From Erysipelothrix larvae (lineage in GTDB: Bacteria; Bacillota_I; Bacilli_A; Erysipelotrichales; Erysipelotrichaceae), in the NCBI RefSeq assembly GCF_001545095.1, contig NZ_CP013213.1, positions 1,020,001 through 1,052,000 of the forward strand: 32,000 bases of DNA, written 5' to 3'. This document shows, piece by piece, positions 10,501 through 15,327 of this stretch. Made by a program: the position numbers and the translations under genes. The notes below the pieces were generated by a model. It worked only from the letters and a program-made list of their open reading frames with translations, had not been told where the DNA came from and searched no databases. Position 1 is the stretch's first letter, and each line of letters starts with the position of its first letter.

Positions 10501-10599
10501 AAAGGTGATATGGTCCTTGTCCAAGGGAACATGAAAGAACAAGGCACCATTATATTGGATAAGATAAAAATATTTAGAGAACCAAGTGATTTGCACTAA
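7555..10599 (+). CDS. dnaE: DNA polymerase III alpha subunit, DnaE type
   Basis: PHP-domain N-terminus HLSVRSHFSLLNG. Polymerase core motifs PDIDIDF, GLIKIDYLGIRNL, FNKSH. C-terminal OB fold. No exonuclease insert. GTG 7555 is preferred because it lies 8 nt after GAGGTGAT, whereas the track start GTG 7546 lies within that SD. Confidence 0.92.
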   Translation: MAVHLSVRSHFSLLNGTMSVEDVVLTAKNRGYTSVALTEHHVLFSALDFYNAALKHGIKPIIGLEINIEDYESLLIARNNKGLKLLYRLSYKMSQKKPIEYEDFKDQLEDVFFILYGESGPFDADILQNNWTAIESKLLTIKQACPTFFIGLSHQESRFFKASNQQLRLMASNHDIKCVALPKVYYKDEKDHDIYQALRAIDKGTHLHDSSLSLNPNRWFIPSEKMLELYDTQLVNVTDHIADSCSINLYESKTQLPQFENNHHVSNEVYLSELSKMGLKKRLNNQLSKDYLERLEFELNVITSMRFTDYFLIVYDVIRYAKTNGINVGPGRGSAAGSLVSYSLGITDVDPMKYGLLFERFLNPERITMPDIDIDFPDNRRDEVIAYTKEKYGNSHVAHIITFGTLKAKQSFRDAARVLQISIGKVNQVAKLLENDSLQNTFDKSARLRTVVNGDAQIKAAFELANKLENLPRHVSMHAAGIVLSKGDLIDICPLYQIDEDNQCIQFDMTNIESLGLIKIDYLGIRNLTIIQNVVDEINRTDPSFNLKNIPLDDPQTFKMLQDGDTLGIFQLESDGMKQLLRRMKPMQFTDIVDANALFRPGPMENIPVYIENKANPQKITYIHENLKSITTSTHGVLIYQEQIMEVAKVFAGFSLGKADILRRAMGKKDAGVLESLREDFVNGCLNNGYTQSVAVEIFELIYKFANYGFNKSHSLAYSLISYQMAYLKANYPEIFYTYLLTSSIGSDQKTGQTLDECRRRGLTILPIDINESYDGYTYKQGGIRVPFSVLKGMSQSTAQTIVEEREAYGQFESIFECFARLKEIQLNRKQLESLIDVGAFDSLFDSRSVLRNRLEDLLQYADLVRITDESMRFNFSIVSVPYLAAQKDSSAYRLYGEQSTLGFYLSEHPTTSFKKKHQLPSLVSLKAPMNDIKLVAIVDKVKKHRAKNGKMMAFLSISDDTGTCDAILFPNLYDSVGELVNKGDMVLVQGNMKEQGTIILDKIKIFREPSDLH

Positions 10600-10642
10600 T
10601 CGCAAATTAGTGATATAAAATAATGTAAAGTGGAGGTAAGTT

Positions 10643-11314
10643 ATGATTAAATTATTGATCGTAGACGATGAAGTGAATGTTAGAAATGTAGTAAAAGAGT
10701 ACTCAAAGGCAGCAGGGTATGATTGTCATGAAGCAAGCGATGGGCTGGTTGCACTTCAAATGATTAAAGAACAAGATTTTGATGTAGTCGTGATGGATAT
10801 CATGATGCCAAATCTTGATGGATTTTCCGCATGCCGTGAAATTAAAGCCATTAAAGATGTACCAATTATCATGCTTTCAGCACGTCAAGAAGTATTTGAT
10901 AAACTTCTAGGATTTGAATTGGGAATTGATGACTATGTGACCAAACCATTTACACCCCGTGAACTTATGGCACGTATTAAAGCTGTGAGTGAACGCTCAA
11001 AAAATGGCCTCCAACAAACCTATGAATATGGTGGATTGGTTGTTGACGTTGTCGGACGTACTTTAACAGTTGACGGCGAACGCATTGATATCACGCCTAA
11101 AGAATTTGACCTGCTTGTTTACTTAATGCAACATGAAAAAATGGCACTCACCCGAGATGCGCTGTTAGATAAAGTTTGGAAATACAATTTTTATGGTGAT
11201 CTCAGAACTGTTGATACACATATTAAAATGTTGCGTCAAAGTTTAGGACCTTATCGCGATTATATCGTTACTTTACGTGGCGTAGGGTATAAATTTGAAG
11301 TCCAAGATAAATAA
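10643..11314 (+). CDS. OmpR/PhoB-family two-component response regulator
   Basis: Receiver domain (LIVDDE ... DVVVMDIMMP ... K at TKPF) plus a winged-helix output domain (LTPKEFDLLVYL ... VDTHIKMLR ... RGVGYKF). SD GGAGG upstream. Confidence 0.92.
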   Translation: MIKLLIVDDEVNVRNVVKEYSKAAGYDCHEASDGLVALQMIKEQDFDVVVMDIMMPNLDGFSACREIKAIKDVPIIMLSARQEVFDKLLGFELGIDDYVTKPFTPRELMARIKAVSERSKNGLQQTYEYGGLVVDVVGRTLTVDGERIDITPKEFDLLVYLMQHEKMALTRDALLDKVWKYNFYGDLRTVDTHIKMLRQSLGPYRDYIVTLRGVGYKFEVQDK

Positions 11315-11315
11315 C

Positions 11316-12731
11316 ATGTCATTTAGGGTTTGGTTCTATTTTCTTACTTTAGTTGGAACCATTATTGTAATTTTGTGGATGTTACAAATTACATTTTTAG
11401 AACCCTATTATCGACTAAATCGTGAGCGTACAATCTCCGACACAGTAAATGAAGCAGAGCGAATTTATCAAAGCAATTTAGATATAACCCAAAAAGATTC
11501 AAATTTACGTACATTGTTTGCAAAACAAAACATGTGTGGCATTATCTATTCTGATACTGGTATTGAAGTTTCACTGATTGCGGTTGACCTTATGGGTCAA
11601 AATTGTTTTCTTCGTGGAATTACATCAAATTCACGCCAAGAATACATCAGTTTGATTCAAAATGCTGCCACTGGTTCAATTAGTTTCCCATTTACCAATG
11701 AATTTTTTGACCAATCTATGTCCTTTTTTGGCAAAGAAATGGCGGTCGGTGATTCACAATTTTATATATTTGTGAATACTCCCATGGAACTACTTGACTC
11801 CACTGTTACCATTTTAAAGAATCAGTTTTTTGTGGTAATCATGATTGTTATCGCACTAGCAACCGGATTGTCTATCATGCTATCAAGGCATCTGGCTTAT
11901 CCACTTGTAACAATAAACAACAGTGCAAAAAAATTAGCCAGCGGTGATTTTAATGTTGAATTCACAGGTGAAGGGTATAATGAAGCAATTGAACTTTCCG
12001 AAATTCTTAACTATGCGACCAGTGAGTTTAGTAAAACTGATGAATTAAGACGCGACCTTGTAGCAAATGTGTCACACGATATCAAAACACCTCTGACAAT
12101 GATTAAAGCTTATGCTGAAATGATTAAAGACATTTCAGGTGATGATCCACTCAAACGCGAAGAACATCTTGATGTGATTGTGAATGAGGTAGATCATTTA
12201 GAGCGTTTAGTCAACGATATGCTTACTTTGTCTAAATATGAATCAAAAGCCTATGTTATTAATGAGACAGAGTTCGAATTACTGACTCATGTAAAAGCAA
12301 CCTTGCGTTTATTCTTCTCACTAGACATTAATTTTATTGTTAATGTTCGTGAGGGAATCTTCGTGAAAGCCGACGAAATTAAAATGGGACAGGTGCTCTA
12401 TAATTTTATCAATAATGCCACTCGGTTTGTCGGAGAGGATAATACAATTATTATTGAAGCATTGGTAGACAAGAATCTTGTGACTGTTCGCGTTATTGAT
12501 CATGGAATTGGCATTTCAAAAGAACACCAAAACACAGTGTGGGACCGATATGCTCAAATTAATAAACATCATCGACGCAATGAAAACTCAACTGGATTGG
12601 GTCTATCAATTGTAAGGGCAATTTGTGAAGCAACAGGCTCTTCTTATGGTGTTATAAGTGAAGAAGGTGAGGGTGCGACATTCTATTACACACTCAATCT
12701 CACCAAAATGAAATCCATAAATAAGGGTTGA
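11316..12731 (+). CDS. Membrane sensor histidine kinase (2 TM, HAMP, HisKA, HATPase_c)
   Basis: Two hydrophobic helices. HAMP (YPLVTINNSAKKLASGDFNVEF), H-box SHDIKTPL, N-box FINNATRF, G-boxes DHGIGI and GLGLSI. Start is ambiguous: ATG 11316, or TTG 11295 as in the track. Confidence 0.88.
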   Translation: MSFRVWFYFLTLVGTIIVILWMLQITFLEPYYRLNRERTISDTVNEAERIYQSNLDITQKDSNLRTLFAKQNMCGIIYSDTGIEVSLIAVDLMGQNCFLRGITSNSRQEYISLIQNAATGSISFPFTNEFFDQSMSFFGKEMAVGDSQFYIFVNTPMELLDSTVTILKNQFFVVIMIVIALATGLSIMLSRHLAYPLVTINNSAKKLASGDFNVEFTGEGYNEAIELSEILNYATSEFSKTDELRRDLVANVSHDIKTPLTMIKAYAEMIKDISGDDPLKREEHLDVIVNEVDHLERLVNDMLTLSKYESKAYVINETEFELLTHVKATLRLFFSLDINFIVNVREGIFVKADEIKMGQVLYNFINNATRFVGEDNTIIIEALVDKNLVTVRVIDHGIGISKEHQNTVWDRYAQINKHHRRNENSTGLGLSIVRAICEATGSSYGVISEEGEGATFYYTLNLTKMKSINKG

Positions 12732-12734
12732 TGA

Positions 12735-12742
12735 GGCATCTT
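12735..12742. repeat. Target-site duplication, left copy (GGCATCTT)
   Basis: An identical 8-mer recurs at 15268-15275, directly outside the other IS terminus. 8 bp is the ISL3-family duplication length. Confidence 0.65.
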
Positions 12743-12764
12743 GGCGGTCTGAAATAACTTGGGG
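12743..12764. repeat. Terminal inverted repeat (transposase-distal end)
   Basis: GGCGGTCTGAAATAACTTGGGG versus the reverse complement of 15246-15267, GGATATTAAACTTTACTTGGGG. 13 of 22 positions are identical, including the terminal GG and ACTTGGGG at nt 15-22 of both ends. Confidence 0.6.
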
Positions 12765-12817
12765 ATAATTCAGAAAATGATATAAAATAACTTGGGGAGT
12801 AAGTTACCCCAAACAAG
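12752..12817. repeat. Subterminal repeat array: 2 x AAATAACTTGGGGA direct repeats plus one inverted CCCCAAAC
   Basis: Perfect 14-mers at 12752-12765 and 12785-12798 (33-bp spacing). The second forms a palindrome with CCCCAA at 12807-12812 (TTGGGG-9 nt-CCCCAA). Confidence 0.7.
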
Positions 12818-12832
12818 TTTGTTAAAGACCAA

Positions 12833-12875
12833 AGGGAAGCGTAGTCGCACATGACTATAGCTTCCCTCTTTTTGT
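12833..12875 (+). terminator. Hairpin terminator inside the IS end, facing inward (stops + strand transcription from the kinase)
   Basis: AGGGAAGC (12833-12840) pairs with GCTTCCCT (12860-12867), with an inner TAGTC/GACTA stem, followed by CTTTTTG. It also lies 28 nt past the transposase stop on the other strand. Confidence 0.65.
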
Positions 12876-12902
12876 TATAGTATATCAATAATGAGTCATT
12901 TC

Positions 12903-14378
12903 TTAAGAGAGTCCTTTGTCATAGGTTGTTTTAATTATTGGGTTAATTCGATATGTTGCGTCTTCATTAAGCACATACAACACACGATTCCTAAACCGCT
13001 CCCAATTACGATAGCCACTTGCATTGTTTTTTATTTGCTTGATTATGCGATTTCGATTCTCAATCAACGCACTGTTTATGTGTGTTATGGAAACTTCATA
13101 ATGGGTTTCTCCTGTTTTCTTATTTGTGACCTTTGTGCATTTTTCTACTTTATTGAAAGTTGCGACAATTTCATTTTTCCACTTTCCTAAAGTTCGGCTA
13201 AAATCAACGATTGATGCAACTCTACTCTGAGCCATCACTCTGATGAGTGTGTTCAGATTCTCGTGTGCATTCTCAGCTTTTGATTCATTGAAGAATTGAT
13301 CGAGTAAGAACTTCATGTTATATGCATCTTCAAGGCCATTGCTCGTTTGAAGAATTAGGTCTATTATGTCGTAAAGGTTTAGAAACTTTCCCAATTTCTT
13401 ATTGCGTTGTTTCGGTACATTTGGATCAAATATATTGTATTTCTTATCTTTAACTGTGGTTGTTGCTTTGGGGTTTTTATAGAGTAACCAGTTGAACTTT
13501 TTAAGCAGATAGTATTGCTGGTCACGCTTATAATATTCTTGTCTTTTGACTTTATCTTCTGTTTGCTTCCAGTTCTTAGGAGGTTTTAGTTTCTTCATAG
13601 TGTCTACCCTAATAGAGTCGATACGTTTCATTAAATCACTATAAACATGAAAACGATCAACACTGATAAACGCGTTTGGAAGGAATTGTTTTGCGACGAC
13701 TCTATAGCTATACCACATGTCGATTCCAATACCTAAGACTCCTTTGCGTTCTTCAAGGGGGATTTGGCTAAAATACGCGACTAAGTCTTGTTTCTTACGG
13801 GACGGTAATATATCTACGATATTCTTTGTCATTGCATCAATAAGAACGCATACATAATCACTGCGATCACTGTGGTACGCATAACATTCATCAATAAGCA
13901 GATAAGCGGGTAGTTTTTGTCTGGAGACAGAAACGTGGGAATCGAAAATAGATGATACTGTAGTGGGAGATAACCGATATCTATTGGCAACTGTGGTAAA
14001 CGTTTCATGTGGCGATTTAAGATCATTCAGGACATTATATACGGTCAGCTGAGTAATCTTCATATTTCGATACGCAAATGGATTGTGTTCAAAAAAGCAT
14101 TTATTACACGTTGTGCATTTATAACGTCGTGCACGGTAACGAATGTAACAGGGTATATGTGTTACCAGTGAGTGGAGAAGCTTCTTTTCAGAATAATCTT
14201 TGATTGTGGATGTTTTGCTTTCACAAATTGGGCATGTTTGTTCCTCTACCTGAAGCGTAATGTACACATTCAATGCGTCACTTTGACCTTTGATATCAAT
14301 CTTCTGGACTTGATGGTGTTCTAAGTTAAATAATTCAAGAATTTTTTCGTTACTTAAAAGAGTGGCATTAGCGTTCAT
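12903..14378 (-). CDS. ISL3-family DDE transposase
   Basis: 491 aa. N-terminal zinc ribbon CPIC...CTTC, then an HTH region. DDE-type motifs LLIDECYA and GIDMWYSY, and the ISL3-typical C-terminal NSALIENRNRIIKQIKNNASGYRNWERFRNR. Confidence 0.9.
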   Translation of the reverse strand: MNANATLLSNEKILELFNLEHHQVQKIDIKGQSDALNVYITLQVEEQTCPICESKTSTIKDYSEKKLLHSLVTHIPCYIRYRARRYKCTTCNKCFFEHNPFAYRNMKITQLTVYNVLNDLKSPHETFTTVANRYRLSPTTVSSIFDSHVSVSRQKLPAYLLIDECYAYHSDRSDYVCVLIDAMTKNIVDILPSRKKQDLVAYFSQIPLEERKGVLGIGIDMWYSYRVVAKQFLPNAFISVDRFHVYSDLMKRIDSIRVDTMKKLKPPKNWKQTEDKVKRQEYYKRDQQYYLLKKFNWLLYKNPKATTTVKDKKYNIFDPNVPKQRNKKLGKFLNLYDIIDLILQTSNGLEDAYNMKFLLDQFFNESKAENAHENLNTLIRVMAQSRVASIVDFSRTLGKWKNEIVATFNKVEKCTKVTNKKTGETHYEVSITHINSALIENRNRIIKQIKNNASGYRNWERFRNRVLYVLNEDATYRINPIIKTTYDKGLS

Positions 14379-14511
14379 AGAAACCCTGCCTCTCTTTGAC
14401 TATTTTGATAAGGTTTCATTATGTATCTTGCTCCTAAATATAAAAATGATTGTCTGTTATTTAAATAACCATCTTCATTATATTCAATCTGAGGAGTTAA
14501 AACTATTTTTC

Positions 14512-14982
14512 TCATGTTGGTGAAGTAATGGCGGAATGATAGATATTCCGTTTTGTGGATAATATGAAGTAATTCAATCGTTCCAAATAACTTAAATGTC
14601 TCACCGATTCATAATCGTTAAAACGTATTTTTATCCGAATATATGTTGATTCATCAATATCAGTTAAAAGCGTGCTATCAAGTTCATGGGTTAATATTAT
14701 TTCAATTGTGGGTACAGACAGTTGAAAATAGGGAAGTAAGTTACTTGGTATTATTGCATGAGTTCTCTTACATTGATTACAAAAGAAACGTGCGATTTCT
14801 ACGACAATGGTTAATCGCCCAGTAATTATGGTTTTCGGATAGTATCCATAACGAATCAGTGTATCTGTTTTTGAACAGCACGGACAAGGTATTGTTTTTG
14901 GATTAATTGAATTGAGAAATTTGTAATATTCCTTTTGAGAAAACTGTTTATTATTGAATGTGTTTGAGAAAACTGTTATCAT
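14512..14982 (-). CDS. IS-encoded accessory protein: stand-alone zinc ribbon (CPCC...CNQC) plus an uncharacterised C-terminal half
   Basis: 156 aa, with a strong SD (AAGGAG, 7-nt spacer). Zinc-ribbon layout parallels the transposase N-terminus. May belong to a transposase-associated DUF (recalled as DUF6431-like; not verifiable here). Confidence 0.7.
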   Translation of the reverse strand: MITVFSNTFNNKQFSQKEYYKFLNSINPKTIPCPCCSKTDTLIRYGYYPKTIITGRLTIVVEIARFFCNQCKRTHAIIPSNLLPYFQLSVPTIEIILTHELDSTLLTDIDESTYIRIKIRFNDYESVRHLSYLERLNYFILSTKRNIYHSAITSPT

Positions 14983-15013
14983 ATTCTTACTCCTTTATAG
15001 GAGGTATTGGATT

Positions 15014-15050
15014 GGTAGAAACTTAGGTCTGGAAACTTGGGGTTTCTACC
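15014..15050. promoter_or_regulatory. Perfect 9-bp-stem hairpin presenting a CTTGGGG motif, in the 5' leader of the zinc-ribbon ORF
   Basis: GGTAGAAAC (15014-15022) pairs with GTTTCTACC (15042-15050). The loop carries GGTCTGGAAACTTGGGG, which resembles IS terminus 12746-12764 (GGTCTGAAATAACTTGGGG) in direct orientation. Confidence 0.5.
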
Positions 15051-15082
15051 ATTTTATTAACCTCGTTAAACTAATAATACAA

Positions 15083-15135
15083 AAAAAATCACTTTAATAC
15101 AGCACTTAATTGTGCATAAAGTAAAGTGATTTTTT
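15083..15135. terminator. Bidirectional hairpin terminator inside the IS, upstream of the zinc-ribbon ORF
   Basis: AAAAAATCACTTTA (15083-15096) pairs with TAAAGTGATTTTTT (15122-15135), with an inner GCAC/GTGC pair. A-run before and T-run after, so it can terminate in both directions. Confidence 0.65.
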
Positions 15136-15173
15136 ATTCTGCTGGTCTAAGATAATCAGTTTACAACAGAAAT

Positions 15174-15252
15174 CCCCAAACTTCTTTAAAGACAGAGGCT
15201 AGAGCAAGATTACCTCACCCCAAGAAATAGTGTTGCGAGTGAAAACCCCAAG
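15174..15252. repeat. Subterminal repeat array at the transposase-proximal end: three inverted copies of (C/T)TTGGGG
   Basis: CCCCAAAC at 15174-15181, CCCCAAG at 15218-15224, CCCCAAG at 15246-15252. All are in the opposite orientation to the two left-end copies. Confidence 0.65.
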
Positions 15253-15267
15253 TAAAGTTTAATATCC
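15246..15267. repeat. Terminal inverted repeat (gene-proximal end)
   Basis: The reverse complement GGATATTAAACTTTACTTGGGG matches 12743-12764 at 13 of 22 positions, with identical spacing of the ACTTGGGG block. Confidence 0.6.
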
Positions 15268-15275
15268 GGCATCTT
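15268..15275. repeat. Target-site duplication, right copy (GGCATCTT)
   Basis: Identical to 12735-12742. Confidence 0.65.
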
Positions 15276-15290
15276 TAGGGATGTCTTTTT
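15268..15290 (+). terminator. Displaced rho-independent terminator of the response regulator/kinase operon
   Basis: GGCATC (15268-15273), loop TTTAGG, GATGTC (15280-15285) with one G-U pair, then TTTTT. In the reconstructed empty site it would sit 3 nt after the kinase stop. Confidence 0.45.
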
Positions 15291-15292
15291 CA

Positions 15293-15322
15293 TAAAAAAA
15301 AGAAATTCAACGATGAATTTCT
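15293..15322 (-). terminator. Rho-independent terminator of the deacetylase gene
   Basis: On the - strand: AGAAATTCA, loop TCGT, TGAATTTCT, followed by an 8-T run (the A-run at 15293-15300 on the + strand). Starts 6 nt after the stop at 15328. Confidence 0.75.
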
Positions 15323-15327
15323 TTTCA

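Larger units (their letters stand above)
12743..15267 (-). mobile_element. ISL3-family insertion sequence, 2525 bp, two genes (zinc-ribbon ORF plus transposase)
   Basis: Intact ISL3-type transposase. 22-bp imperfect terminal inverted repeats. 8-bp direct duplication of flanking DNA. Removing the element restores a terminator hairpin for the upstream kinase. Confidence 0.8.

Noticed and set aside
12891-13190. 99-aa + strand ORF at the IS left end
   Set aside because: Lies almost entirely antisense within the 3' end of the ISL3 transposase gene. Cys/Phe/Ile-rich composition is typical of antisense reading of an AT-rich gene. No SD.
14554-14562. Perfect DnaA-box 9-mers TGTGGATAA (complement of TTATCCACA) at 14554-14562 and 16478-16486
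   Set aside because: Two isolated boxes 1.9 kb apart, both inside coding sequence (the IS ORF and the deacetylase). No cluster, no AT-rich unwinding element, and no dnaA/dnaN nearby, so this is not an origin.
12746-15042. GGTCTGAAATAACTTGGGG (12746-12764) and GGTCTGGAAACTTGGGG (15027-15042) as alternative direct-repeat boundaries of a smaller element
   Set aside because: The copies are imperfect and far longer than an ISL3 target duplication. This boundary would exclude the inverted right-end array and would not regenerate a sensible empty site. The GGCATCTT duplication with equidistant IR blocks explains the boundaries better.
12752-15252. Could the CTTGGGG repeats be a CRISPR array or a MITE pair?
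   Set aside because: The repeats are only 7-14 nt long, irregularly spaced, and in opposite orientations at the two ends of a transposase-bearing unit with a target duplication. That fits transposon ends, not CRISPR repeats or two independent MITEs.
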